Positions 22,001 through 35,800 of a DNA stretch of 64,000 nucleotides are shown here, piece after piece (position 1 is the stretch's first letter; each line of letters opens with the position of its first letter). The notes under the pieces were generated by a model. The model saw only the letters and a list, made by a program, of their open reading frames with translations, did not search any database and had not been told where the DNA came from. This DNA is from Rhizaria sp. SCN 62-66 (taxonomy: Eukaryota): positions 1-64,000 of the forward strand of contig MEDY01000122.1 in NCBI GenBank assembly GCA_001724265.1, in the 5' to 3' direction. Position numbers and translations under genes: made by a program.

Positions 22001-24571
22001 CGTCGCTGTTTTCGTCGTCGCTGCTGCTGTAGCCCGCGCCCGCGCCCCCGGCCGCGCCGCCCGCGATGTCGTCCTCGTCGTCGTCCTCGCCCGCGTTCTC
22101 GTTCACGACGGTGATGGTGATGCCGTCGCTGCCCGTCACAGTCGTGGTGTTAGGCTGCATCGTGTAGCTGCTGGGCAGCGCGACGCCGAGCAAGTGCGCC
22201 TTGGTGACCAGGTCTTGCTTCATCAGAGAGCGCTTTGCGCGCAGCAGCCGCCGCAGCAGTCGCTCTTTGCTGCGGACAATCTTCTGCACCTGTACTGGGT
22301 CCAGCGGCTTGAGTTTGGAAAGTAAGGCCGCCTGCGCTCTGGTTAGGCCGCCGCCGCCCGCGACGCCGCTGAAGCGCAGAAACGCGTTGCCGCGAGCGAC
22401 TACAGCGCTAGAGTTGTTGCCCGCGTTCGGCGCATTCGCAACGACGACAGCCGTGCTGTTATTGCCAGCCTTGCCGCCACCGGTGCCTTTTTTGCCGTTG
22501 CTGTTGTTCTTCGCCTTGCTATTACTGTTGTTGCTGTTGCTGTTGCTCGTGACGGGCCAGAGCAGCGACTCCGTCTTGGTGATGTCCCGGCGGAAAATGT
22601 CCCCGACCGTGCCCGTGCGCCCGTCGTCGACGGCGACGGCGAAGAGCAGCGTGCGGATGACTGTGCTCGACCGCACCAGCTCTACGGCCTGCGACTCGAG
22701 CTCGTGCTCCTCGAGCCGCGCGATGAGCCCCAGCATTTCATCCCGTAGATCGCGCTTCTCGTCGACGTAGCCGCGCACGGCTGTGAGCGAGACGTCGAGC
22801 GCCACTGACTGCGCGCGCAGCTGCGCCTGCAGGGCGACAACCTTGGCGGCGCGCGTGTTGGCCGTCGCCGCGAGCGATTTGACAAGCCCGAGCAGCTGAT
22901 GCTGCAGCGCGCGGAGTCCGTCGCGCTCGGCCAGCACGGCGTCGGCGTCCGTGGCCAGTCCGCGCGCCTTCTTCTTCTCCAACTTCGCGTTCGCGGCCTG
23001 CTGCTTGGTGATCGTGGTGAAGGTCAGCAGGTCCTGCTTGAGGTCGTCGACGGTGGCGAGCTGCTTGTCCAGCTGGCGCTGCACGGCCGCAGAGTGCGCC
23101 TGCTCCTGCAGCAGCTTGTCCGCAAGGATCTTGCCTTCCTGGCGCAACGCGGCTACCTGCAAATAGAAAGATCATAGAAACATACGAGTTCATTGATTGG
23201 ATAAGCATGGCATCTAAGCGCATTCGAGAACTCGGGCAAAGGTATGTCAAGTCAGTGACTCTTGTTGTTTTGTTCGATGAGTTAGGTGAACAACGTACCT
23301 GTGACTCGAGGGTGAGTGAACCGAGGCGCAGTTGCTCTTCAAGAGAGGAGATTTGCGCAGTGTGCTCATAAGCAAGTCCCTTGGCTTCCTGAAGCTCTCG
23401 CATCAACGCCTGCGAAGTCTCAGCAGCCTGAAAAAGGAGAGAGAAAACAACAACATAGCGAAAGAAAAACGTCAGATAACAAGCGTAAAACTTCACAGTG
23501 AATCCGATAGCAATAGGACAGTTGTACATGACATGAACAAAAGACGTTACGAGACAAAAATACATGAGCAAGATCTATTCTTCTCAACGCACCTGGCTCT
23601 GTCCCCTCTCGAGCCTCGCGACCTGCGCCCTGAGCCCGTGCGCGACGCCGCCGCAGGGCCGGTGCGCGTCCTCGACCTCCATGAGCCGCTGCAGCAGCGT
23701 CGCGCTCTCCCGCTGGTGCGCCTCCGACTCGCGCTGCGCCGCGGCCAGGGACTTAGACAGGGTGGAGACTTCGTCCGCCAGCTGGGCCTGCGAGGGTTGT
23801 GCGGAACAGAAGCATGAAGCGAGATAATACAGGAACATAATTGGGGTAAATGTTAGTATTATACGATGAAACAAAACTATCAATAAAAAAACTTGAACAT
23901 AAATGTGCTGATAGACTTTGATATTGAGGGCACGCGTATGTCAGCGATATATATTTCTTGAGAGTATACTGCACGTACCTGACGGAGCTCCTGCCCCATG
24001 CGCTCCTCGAGCCGCGCCCGCAGAGCACTGACGAGCTCGCCCTGCGCGCGGAACGCCTGCTCCAGGTGCGAGCGGCTGCCCGACGCCTCCAGCAGCGACA
24101 CCTTTTCGTTCAGCGCGGCGATGACGTCGTGGGACGTGTGTCGGGCCTCGCGGAGTTCGGCCAGCTCGCGCTGCGTCGACGGGTCTTGCGGGACCGTGCG
24201 GCGCAACGCCTGTGGTGGAGAGCGAATAACAAGAATTAAAGCAAAATAAGAGATTTTGAGATTAAAACAACAGGTTAAGGTTTAGATTTCGATTGATTGT
24301 TTCATATATCAATTGTAATTTTAGATGAAGGGAGTAATAGCTTCAAGTATGTCAAGTGGAATTATTGTTTCAGCGACGTACGACGCACTCGACGGCGAGG
24401 GCCTGCCGCAGCGCCTCAGTAGCGCCCAGTCTCTTCTGCAGCTCCCCAATATGCGCTTGCGCCTGCGCGGCGGCGGCCAGCAGCTCGGGCTTCGACAGCC
24501 CAGATAACGACGCCGCGGCGGCCGAGACAGCGGCGGGGGTGGGGGCGGGCACAGCGACCGGAGCCATGAGC

Positions 24572-24611
<40 letters not shown>

Positions 24612-26296
24612 TGGCGCCGACACCGGCGGCGCTGTCGCTATAGGCGGCGGCGTTAATGGAGGCCGCGGAGGTAAGCAGCAGTTGGGTCGTTGGGTTGCTG
24701 CTGGCACCAGCGTTGGCGTTGTTGATGTTTTGCTGAGCTAATGTGAATGCGTTCAAAGCGTTTGTGGTCGACGTGATGCTCAGGTTCCGGCCTAAAAAGG
24801 AGTGTCATATGTGAGGTCATATTTAAGTTGTAATTTGATAAGGGTAAATATAGCTTATGTTGAATAATCAAACAGCAAAAAGCAAAACAAAAGTGGGCAT
24901 AATAAAAAGAAACAACGTCGAGCGGACGAGTGAGACGCGTACCTGTTTTGTGCGAGTACGAAGGCATCTTGGACAGATACGGCGACGCGTTGGCGCTTGC
25001 GATGGCCGTCATCAGCCTCGCCACCGGCTTCTGCTGCTGCTGTTGTTGCTGAGGGGAGCCGAAGCCGGGCGTGTGCGTAGCGCTAGCGGGGACCGAGGCC
25101 GTGGGCCGCGCGGGCGTCTTATGATGCTGCTGCTGCTGTTGCTGCTGCTGTTGAAGCTGGAGCGGCTGCTGCGACTGCGACTGTGAGAGTGCTTGCGACT
25201 GCGACATGCCGCCCCTCGCACTGACGCCCGCGCTGGAGCTGGTGTTGGCGTCGACACGGCTGGTGGTGGTGTAGGACGAGGCTGTGAGCGACAGTGGCGT
25301 CAAATGTAGTGGCGCCAGCGCCGACGACGAGGCCGACAGCTGCGACGACGGCGGCGCGGCCGAGTGCTGCAGCATTGGCGTCTGCTGCGGCGTCCGCAGT
25401 GCGCCGTGGGCGTGGGCGTGGGCGGCAGCACTGGCGCTGCTGCTGCTGCTGCTGCTGTTAGAGCCAGAGCCAGTGTGGCCGTGTGCAGCCGCGGGAGCCA
25501 GAGGGGGGCCATGAGCAGCGCCAGAGCTCGAGCTCGCACTGACGCTCACGCTCACCACGTTGGCGCCGCCGTTGTTGTTGTTGTTGTTGTTGGCGCTGGA
25601 GTGGTCCCAGGCCATGACGTCGCCGGGGGCCTGGTTGTTGGGCAGGATCGACCCGTTGTGCAGCTGCGAGAGATTGAAGCCCGTGCCCACTAGCGCACTG
25701 CCGTCGCCAGCGCCGCCGCCGCCGCCGCTGCTGCTGTTCGCACCGGCGTTGTTGGCGTGGGCGCTTGAGTTACTATGGGCAGCGTTGGCAAGGGCGGTCG
25801 GGAAGGGGAGGGCGGGCGAGGTAAACAGTCGCGCGTTGCCGTTACCGTTGCCCGCGCTGCCGCTGTGGTGTGCTGAGTGGGCGGAACTCGAGTCAAAGCT
25901 GCCGCTGGCGCTCGCTGACGCGTACGCGGGGTTGCCGGTGGCGTTCGCGTTGGAAAATGAGGATGACAGAGACTGCTGTGTGAACAGGCGGCCGGGAGTA
26001 ACGGGAGCACCCCTGCTGGAGGAGGCAGCGGCCGCACCGGCTGCTGTTGCTGAGGAGGGAGTCGTTGTGACCATGGACGAGCGACCGTGCTTGTGGTAGT
26101 AAGACGAGGCGGCCGGGGAAGAGAAGCCAGCATTCGTGTTGTTGTTGCCGGAGCTAGGCCCAGTAGCGACGGGGTTGGTGTGAGGAAGTGTAGGGGAGGC
26201 GGCCGACGGGACGGACTCGAGCAGCGCGCGGTGCGCGTTCAGGGCGTCCTGCTGCGCGCTGCTGCCGCGGTTTAGCGGCGCAGTGACTCGGCTCAT
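19080..26296 (-). CDS. Coiled-coil + PDZ + Raw/OLRN-1-like (nucleoside 2-deoxyribosyltransferase-like) protein (~2,029 aa); exons 26296-24943, 24791-24382, 24209-23979, 23787-23593, 23427-23299, 23156-20182, 20028-19354, 19200-19080
   Basis: Seven phase-consistent introns. Heptad-rich middle; PDZ-like VAPRRAAAAAGLRTNDVLWACDGERV; IYLGGSCDPTTWRRDIAIP..YYNPQVDNW..LFFVID matches the Raw-type repeat. The last exon boundary is less certain. Confidence 0.82.
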
Positions 26297-27514
26297 AGTG
26301 ATTGGTGCCCGAGGGGAGCAAGAGGACAGGTGTAGGCTCTCAGGGATACCGTTATAGAGGTAGGACGAAGTGGCAATCTAAAGGGTTTTGGCTTCGAGGA
26401 TCGCGATTCTTGAGATGGAAAAAATGGACATATAAGAAGAAAACTAATTAGTGATAATAATATTCAGTGCAGGATATTTCCATGGTTTCAAGCACAGTTC
26501 AGCTGCACGATTGTTATCGTCTACGGGAGAGGTTTTTGTATCCTAACCGTTTTCCTTTCGCTGACCGACCGACCCCCCTCGCAGCCACCACCAGCAGTGG
26601 TCAAGATCCGCCCCCGCAAAAGAAGTGACCAAGTGAAGTGACGGCTGTAGCCCTTGAAGAGAGTATATGAAATGCTGTCACGTTTATTTGCGCATGGAAA
26701 GTAGTGTGACATTATGTGTACTCTCCAGTGCTTGATAAGGAGCGCTTATCACACTTGAAGTTCTCCGTGACACAACAGACCTACCCACACCACCCATATT
26801 GTGATTCTGGTGGAATGCTGACTTTCATCTTAAGCACTCACATCAAGCTCGCGCTAGTTTTTTTCAACGTAGAAAAAGCTTAAGCTCACGCGTTTATTTC
26901 ACCAAACTTGCGTTGCGCTCCCTATCCTCCCCCAAATAGGCTTTGCAGGCCAGACTTTCTTGAGGCTTTAAGAAAAACTGAGTAATCTGTAGCATAGCTT
27001 GACTTGTAGCAGAGCCTTGTGTCGACATCCACTTAAACACCGATTTTAAACTTGTTGAACAAACCGATCCTTGAGTTGTATTGACATTGCCTCTATTTGC
27101 TCCGTGCTATGAGCGTGAACCAGCCAGGAGGCAGCACGACTGTTTTTTCGCAAGCTGCAGAGTATGAAGCAAAATCTCGAGTTTTGTGATTTTAGTTATT
27201 GTCAATTTTTATTGTGCGTCGTATATCCATTATTGATCCTATCCGAGAGACACAACTCCAAGTCGATCCCTCTCTCCCCAACCTCGTCGAGTCACATACC
27301 ACGGCGTTTCCCGCGAATGTACAAACGCAACGCACACATTATTACAACATTAAAGTTCTTATTCAACCATAAACACACTTCTAAACTTCATCAATTAATC
27401 AACGACACTTTCCATTGAGTATTATATATCTTTTTAACAACAGTATCATCCTCGCAGAAGCAACACGGCAACAAGGACTTATTCCTTGCGAGCAATCTCG
27501 GTCAGTCGCTCGCT

Positions 27515-30500
27515 TCACGCGCGCTTCGCCGTCACCGCGGCGGCCGCGCCAGTGACTGAGCGGCGCATCGGCGTCCCAAGCGGCTTCCGGCCCAACACGC
27601 TGCTGCTGCCCATGCCTGCGCCCGCGCCGGCGCCCGCGCTGGCGTGCGTGAGCGGGATGCTGCCGCTGTGGGCAGCCGCGACAGCGCTCGCGCCTGCCGC
27701 GCGCGTCTTGAGACTCGACGCGGCCAGCGGGGGGCGCGCAGAGGCGAGCACCCCGGCGCCGGTGTAAGTGGTGGACGGGGCGCTGTTCTCGTGGGAGCGC
27801 GTGTAAGTGGCGCCGGAGATGTAAGTACCCGCAGCGCTCGTGTAAGTGCTGGTGTAGTCGCGGCTAGTGCTGCGGCGGTGGCCAGCAGCTAAGCCACGGC
27901 TAGAAACAGCAGCAGCAGCAGCAGAACTCAGACCCACGCTCGCGGTTGAAGTAGTCGCGATGTTGTCGTTCGTGTCGCCATCATTGTCGTCGTCGTTACT
28001 GTCCGTGAAGCGGACGCGCTTCTCCTTCGCAGTCGCGTTGCGCGCAACGCCTGCACTCGCAGCCACAGGAGCACCTACATTCGCAGCCGCAGCCGCAGGA
28101 GCAGCAGAGGCGGACGCAGCGCTGGCGCTGGCGGCGGCCGTGGCTGTGGCGGGGCGGCGGCGCGAGGAAAGGGCGGGCTTGCGGATGCGGCGCGCGATAA
28201 CGGCAGCCGCGTCATCGGCACTCAGGTCCAGCGTCGAGTTGAGCGACACGTCCGACTCGGCGATGTCGCTCTCGTCGTCATCGTCGGCGGCCACGTTGAC
28301 GGGCGCAGCACTGAGCGGACGGCGAGCGTTGTCGCCGCCGTCGCTGTTGTCGGAGAGGCGGCGGCGGGTAGCCGCGCCCGTGCCCGTGCTGCTAACATTC
28401 GGGCCCGCGCTGGAGGCTGTGCCGAGGCCGGTGCTGCTCGACTCGTCCGACAGACGCTTGCGGCTGCTGCGGACACTGCTGACGCTCGCAGCAGACGCAG
28501 TGGGAGCCGGGGCAGCAGCTGTGGCGCGGACGCCGATAGCCGCGAGCGCCGCGCCGATCGTCGAGCGCGCCTGCAGCACGATGCTACTCGCGCTCGCGCT
28601 CGCGCTCGCAGCGATTGGAGTTGCGGCAGCGTTGGCGCCGAACATGTTGTTGCCGCCGTTGTTGGTGGGGGTGGGCGGGGCGGGGGCGACGGTGACGGGG
28701 AGTAGCGCGGCAGTGGCAACGTTGCTGCTGATGTTGGCGTTGCGGCGGCTTAGCTTCGGGTTCAGCGGAGGCAGGCCACTGACAACAGGCGTGATACTAG
28801 GACCAGCAGTCGCGAAGTGTGCGTTCGTGTCAAAGTCATTGGCATCACCAGCGTCGTCGTCGTCGTCGTTCTGAGCACTGATGCCGGCGACGTCACTCTC
28901 GGCGGCATTCAGCTCGTCCCAGTCGTCGTCGCGTTGTTGCGCCGTCTCCGTGTCCACGCTCACGGTCACCGGGCCGCGGCTTGACTTCCCGCCACCCAGG
29001 GGCTCCGCGGCGTTGTGGTAGCTGGCGGCGTCCGCGGTGATGGCGGCGCCTGTGGCACCGTTGACCATGAGTGACTGGCGCACGCGCTCGCGCGCGACCG
29101 CCAGCGAAACCAGGGCCGATGCGTGGGAGCCAAACGGGGCAGCAGGAGCGGCAGCAGTCGCACAAACGCTCGCAACGGCAGCAGAAGCAGCTGCAGCGGA
29201 GCTCGCAGTGGCGGCGTTGGCGGTGAGGGGGCGGCGACGGCTGGCGTCGACACGACCGGCAACAACGCCGGAAGTGCTAGAGGCTGCAGCATTGGCATTA
29301 CTGTTGCTGTTGCTGTTAGTAGCAGCAGAGGCGAGCTCCTTCTCGGTGCGCTTGAGCTTCAGTGCCATTGCGGCCGACTCCTGCTGCGTGCTCTCAAGCT
29401 TGGTCTCGAGCAGCTTGAGCTTCTCCTTCATCACGCGCAGCGCCTCGGCAGCAGCCTTCTTGCCCTCCTCGGCCGCGGCGGCGTCTTTTTTGAGTACCAG
29501 CACTTCGTCGCGTGCGCTCGCGAGGTCCTCCTTGACCTTGATCAACGCGGCACTGCTGGCCGCCGACGAAGCTGAGCCAGCACTGCCGCTGCCGCTGCCG
29601 CCGGCGGCGCTGTTGCCGCTGCCGGCCTCGGGGCGGACGGCGTTGACAATGCCCTTGGACATCTGCTTCTTGGCGGCGCCCAACTGCACGTTGCGCACGC
29701 GCTCGGCAAACTTGAGCGAACAGCTGCTTTCTTGGTGGTTCGAGTCCGCGGGGGAGACGTTGCAGAACATGAGGCACTTGCTGTTACCACCGAGGCAGTC
29801 TTGCAGCAGGTAGGTCAGCTTGCTATCGCGGTAAGGAATGTGCTTGTTTTTGCTCTTGAGCGCCGCGATCACATTGCCGAGCGCGGAGAGCGACTGGTTG
29901 ATATGCTGTGCTTCCTTGAGCGCGGCGCCCGCAGCCTCGCTCTTCTTGACGCGCTCCGAGCCGGCGAGGTCGATGAGCACGAGACGTCCGTACGTCGCGT
30001 CACCAGTCTCCTTGTGCGTGCCCGTGATGTTGACGAAGACGAGCGAGTGCGAGCGCGACGACGCCGCATTCATCTGCGTCGCCGCCACCTGCCGGTTGGG
30101 CGCGGCGCGGTGCTGCATCAGCTCCTGCACCGCCGAAACCGAGCTCACGGTAACTTCGGTCAGCCCAGGCACGTGGATGCCGCCCTTGGCGTTCTGCCGG
30201 ATGTCCAGTCCGCCAGTCTCGGCGCACTTCCGGTAGCTCGCCTTGTCCAGCAGCAGGTCGCGTACTTGGTCGTTGTAGATCTCGACGACAGAGACGCTGA
30301 CGGTGAACGTCTCGTGGGTTGCTTCGGCCACCGAGGTGAAGAGGAGGTCCAACGCGCGCGGCACGACACCCGACAGCTCGCCGACGACGCTGGGCGGCGC
30401 TGCGGCGCTCGCGCTCATGTAGCTGAACACAGCGTCACCACTCTCACCGCCGCCGTTGACAGCATTGCTGTTGTTGTGAGAGTTGTGACTGCTGCTGTTG

Positions 30501-32233
30501 CTGCTGCTGCTGTTGTGGGTAGCGTTGTTCGTGCCGTCCATAGTGTGGGTCTTGCCGCTGCCGGTCTGGCCGTAGGCGAACACGCACACGTTGAAGCCGT
30601 CGATGGCGCTCTGTACAAGCGGAGACACTTCATCGAACACCTCGACCTGGCTGCTGCGGGCGCCAAACACGCGGTCGAACTCGTACTCGCACGGCCGCGC
30701 GCCGCCCGCCGCGCCCGCGGTGATGGTCCCGGGCTCATACAGCAGCAGGCTCGTCTCGTCGATGATGCGGACGCAGCCGGCGTCACCCTGGGTCTTTTCC
30801 TTGGAGCTCAGCGGACGCACGCGCGCAAACACGCGGATGTTGCCCTGGATGTCGATCAGCTTGCTCAGCAGCATCTTGCGCTGACGCTTCTCCTTGGCGT
30901 AGCGACCGTGGTGATCGCCGCACGCGCGCGTCAGAGCCGAGGAGAAGGCTGCGAATGACGAGTTGAAGCTGGCCAGCTCCTCCTTGATGGCCTTGGCGCT
31001 CGAGTTGAAGCTCGAGGTGGCGGCGAGGATGAGCAGGTCCTTGTCGCCGCGCCCGTCGGCGGCTTTGGAGTGCCTCAGGGCGGCGTTTTCGCGCTCCAAC
31101 GCGCTGAGCTTGGCCCGCAACGCGACGCTGTTGCCGCCGCCGGTGCTGGTGTCGCAGTCGTCCTCGTCGAGGTCGAACGGCACGGCGTTGCTAAACGCGC
31201 CGCTGCCAGCGCCCGCGGCGGTAATGCGGAAACGCGAGCCAGACTTATTGAGGTCATTGTTGTTACCCGTGCCGTAAGCGCAGCGGCGGATGGGGGACAT
31301 GATGGCATCGCCGTTGGCGGCACCTGCGCAAGATTGAACCACGATATGAATGAACCACAAAATACGAGAAGATTATAGAGATGAGGACATACGTTTAGCG
31401 CATGACATCTACAATTTAGTTCGATGGGCATCGATTATTGAGATTAAAAGCGCGGTTTAGTGCGTACCTGTGCGGTCAACGATGGACTGAAGGTTCTGCA
31501 GGATGCGGGCGGCTTGAGCAGAGCCATTGGCAGCGGAGGCCGCGGCTGCCGCGGCAGAAACAGAGACCGACGCAGAAGCGGCCGCGGCGGACACGGCGGC
31601 AGGCGACGCAGAGGGGAGATACGCGTTGGTGTTGTTGTTGTTGTTGTTGTTAGGGTTGGGCGCGAAGGCAGACGGCAGCTGAGCGCGCTGCTTGGCGGCG
31701 GACACAAGCACACTGGAGCCCGCACCGTTCGCGCCCGCGCCGGCCTTGATGGGGGAGCGGAAGCGCGCAACCTCGTGCTCCGCGAGCAGGGGAACCGCGG
31801 CCTCAGTGTTGGCCTTGAGAGCGAGCAGGCAGTCCACGACGCGGCGGGGGCGTTCGCAGCGGTTGAGGTCCGCCCAGTCGAACAGCTGCGCCGGGGGCAC
31901 GCCGCAGCGCGCGCAGCCCTGCAGGAAGTTGTTGACGTTCTCGTACTGCTTCATGTAGTGGCGCGAGGCGTGCTCCATGGGGGACACGGCGACGAGCCCC
32001 GGGTGGAGGGCGTTGAGCAAGTTGCCGAGGGTCACGCCCGTTTTGAGCTCGTCGAGGAAGCCAGGGAGCGCGTCAGACTGGTCGTTAAACCGCATGTCGA
32101 GCGTGGATTCAATCCATGCGCGAGCGTCACGTCGGAGACGAATGAACTCTTCGTCTTTGGCTGCAAGGAGACGCTCCTCGAGAGTGGAGCGGGCCGCCGA
32201 GACGGGCTCACTCGTCGTGTCGGCAGCGTCCAT
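27515..32233 (-). CDS. Kinesin-14 family motor with N-terminal calponin-homology domain (KCH-like, ~1,524 aa); exons 32233-31468, 31323-27515
   Basis: CH: AWIE..FLDELKTGVTLGNLLNALHPG..ENVNNFLQGC..LFDWADL..VVDCLLAL. Neck GNIRVFARVRP; P-loop AYGQTGSGKT; NAASSRSH; DLAGSER; HIPYRDSKLTYLLQD. Confidence 0.95.
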
Positions 32234-32851
32234 TGTGCAACGGTAACGGCACTAGAAAATCAAGAAACAGAAGTGATATTTTAAATAAAATATGCGTTTG
32301 TTCACTTTAAACGTACAATAATTCGATTCGACGATGAAATGATGGAGATATACACATCTTCTTTAATCTGTCCGTTAGCCTCAACGGCTCGCTCGTCGTT
32401 TGCTCGCTCGCTCGCTCGCAAATAGGGCTGAAAAAAGATTCCACCACAAATCGCTTCTGCTTCACCCGTCACCACAAACAAAGCGAGTGAGTCGCAACTG
32501 GATGCGAAAAGTTCGAATGCATAGGCAAGATGTCGTGTTGGCGGGCTAATTCTGTCGTATCATGCCGCACCAAGCACATGAGTTCTTATCTCTTTTTGTT
32601 CCCGATTTCGCACTTTGTTCTTGTTGCGTGCGCAAATTCACTTCTCTCCAATGGCACCCTTCAAGCTTCCCCTCATCACAACTTTGTTGCCTTATTTATC
32701 ACTGTTTCTTTCCGCCACCCTTTATGCAATCTTTAGAACCCGCGACTTTTCTTTGACTTCTCCCCATTTATTCCGCGTAATCAAGCACGACACGCGCTAT
32801 ACCCTGTCAAATCCCTCTGGATACCAGACTCCCTTCTTCTCTCCTGCGCTA

Positions 32852-35800
32852 ATGTCTGCGACCGCTGCTGCCCCCGCTGCTGCCACCGGCGGCCCCGTGG
32901 GCTCCGCCTCCTCTGGTATCGACATCACCCGCGAGGTGATTCTGCTGGACGAAGGCTGGGACATCATCCTCAAGTCCGGCCTCCGCCGCCTCGAATCCCT
33001 CGTCGAGTCCCTCGGCCGCAGCAATAACAACAGCACGACCAACACAAACGCTTCGAGCTCTCTTTCTGGCGGCTCTGCAGCGTCCTCGTCTTTCGCCGAC
33101 GCGTGCCCCGTTGACGACGCCGCGTTCTCCCGCGACGCCGCGCCTCTGTTCACCCCGCGCGAGTCGATGGGGCTGTACTCGCTGATCTACCAGCTCTGCA
33201 TCCAGAAGGCGCCGCACTGTTACACGCCCAACCTCTACACGCGTCTGGTCGCCCACCTCGACGACTACCTCACCTCGACCGTCTTCACGGCCATTCGCGA
33301 CAAGCAGGGCGCCGCGCAGCTCACCGAGCTCGTCCTTCGCTGGCGCCAGTTCGAGGTCTACCAGCGCTGGATCTGCGTCTTCTTCCAGTACCTCGACCGC
33401 TACTACGTCGACCGGTACAAGAAGCTCAAGCTCTATGCACTCTGCTCCTCGCGCTTTGAGCACCTCGTGTTCCAGCCGCTGTCGAACACCATTACGGCCA
33501 CGCTCATCACCGCCTTCCAGGAGCTCCGCTCTGCAGCCGTCGAGTCCGTGCTCCAGCACGAGAAGTCAAGCCGCGCCGCCACCACTGCCACCATCGCCTC
33601 GAGCAGCAGCTCTCTGAGTGCTGGCTCTGCTGCTGCGAGCGGCAAGTCCGCGTCGTCGTTTGACCCCGCGATGCTGACCTTCGCGTCGCCGATGTCGGTG
33701 CTTCTGCGCCAGGTCCTCGCCGTGCACGTCTCGCTCGACACAGAGCGTCTCCGCGTCTACATTGTGCGCGCTGAACAGCCCCTTATCCACAACGCGGCCT
33801 CCTATTACGCCTCGCTCGCACCTCAGTGGCTTGCTGAGCCCGGTACGTGCAGCTACTGTTCCGAAAGAGCATTCAAACCAATTTGTAATGTTCTTTGCCA
33901 AATTTATTTCAACAAATCATCATATACCGACACACATGTCTCTCGCTTTCTTTCTTTCTCTTTCTCTCTTTTGCATCACCGTGAACCCCGGCCCCAGGCA
34001 TGACTCTGAGCGGCATGCTGCACCGCGCCGGTGCCGTCATCGACACCGAGCGCGCTCTGATCCGCTCCCACCTGCGTCCTATCGCCGAGCGCCTCGTCGT
34101 CACCGCCGTGGCTTCGGCGCTGATGCTGCGGCCGCAGGCGTTGATCTTCGCGCTCCCGCTGCCGCCGCTCACCGTCACCGTGCCCGTCACGACCACGGAC
34201 CCCGCGACCGGCGCCTCGGTCACCACGACGGTCACGAAGGCGGCGACGCTCGACGACCTGGTCCCCGGGAGCACTGACGCCATCGCCGCCTCCAACGGGC
34301 CCCGCGTTACGGCGGGCCAGACGAGCGCGTGCTTTGGCTGCGGGCCCGTGCCGGGGGGCCTCTTCGCCCTGCTCGCCACGCGCGACCGCGTGGCTCTACA
34401 GCTCGTCAACGTGCTCTACCCGACCGCCGACGCCGTGGCCGACGCGTTCAAGCTCGATGTCGCGCTGCGTCTGCGCGCCGCGCTCACGGTTGACCTCGCG
34501 GCGCCCACGCAGCTCACCACCTGCACGCTGCCGCTGCCGCTGGACCCGCTAACCGGCGGCGCGCCCGCCCCTGCCACGGCGGCGCTGCTGGCCTCGGGCG
34601 GACTGGTCGCCGTTGCGGCGCAGCGCATCGCGGTGCTGTTGGCGACCATCCAGGACATCCAGTCGGTCGTTGACGAGTGCTTCTCGGTGCGCGGCCGCAT
34701 CGCGCGCATCGTCCGCGGCGAGCTCCAGAAGCTCAAGGCCGCTAAATTCACCGTGACCAACGCGTCCGCGCACGCCGCGACGGCCGCGCTGAGCGCCGAT
34801 GACATCCCCTCGCTGACCGAGGTGCTGGTTTACCGCATGGACCTGCTGCTGCGCAAGCGGTCCCCCGCCGAGGCCGCGCCCGCGCTCGCCGCCGTCGTCG
34901 CGGCGGGGCTGGCGGCGAGCACCGAGGCCGCGGCGGGCGTGCTGACCGTGGCCCGCGACTCGAGCCTGAACCTCATGGCCTCGCTGGTGCCGCTCGCGGC
35001 CGACTTTGACTACCTCAGCGAGATGTACCGCCGCGCGCTGTCCAAGCGCCTGCTGCTGGAGCGCTACGTGTCGCTTGGCTTCGAGGAGAGCTACGTCGTC
35101 ACGCTGGGCCAGCGCTGCGGCATGCGGCTGTCGCAGGTCGACGTGCTCATCAACGACGTCAAGAGCAGCATCGAGGCGCACGACGTGTTCCTCGAGTGGA
35201 TTGCCACGGACCGCGCGGTCAACCCCGCCGCGCCTGCGCTCAACACGCTCCCCGCGGCGGGCTCCGACGAGGCCATCGCGCGCTTCGGACCCCAGGTACG
35301 TTCACTCAAGCTCTTAAGAAAACAAACGATTTTTTTGTGATCCATTTTTCAACTGACCAACTCACTATTTTCGTTTTCTTGTTGCTATTTTTTTTTCTTC
35401 GCTTAATCTCAGGCGCTCAACGTGCCCGACGGCTACTGCAACGGCGTGAACCTGTCTGTGCAGACGCTGACCTCGGCCTGCTGGCCCGTGGAGGCGACCC
35501 CGGCAGTGAACCTACCCGAGCCGCTCAAGTCGTGCGTGCAGTCGTTCGAGACCTTTTACGACTCGGTGACGCGCGCGCGCGTGCTGCACTGGGTGCACAA
35601 CGTCGGCGCTGTGACCATGACGGCGCATTTCACCGAGCAGAAGCTCGAGCTCGTCATGTCCGCACTCCAGGCCGCCGTGCTGCTCCAGTTCAACGCCAAG
35701 ACGCGCATGACCGTGGCCGCGCTCGGAAAGGAGCTCGGCCTCGCGCCCTACATCGTCAAGCTGCAGCTGCGTTCGCTTGTCTCAGGACCTGTACCGCTGC

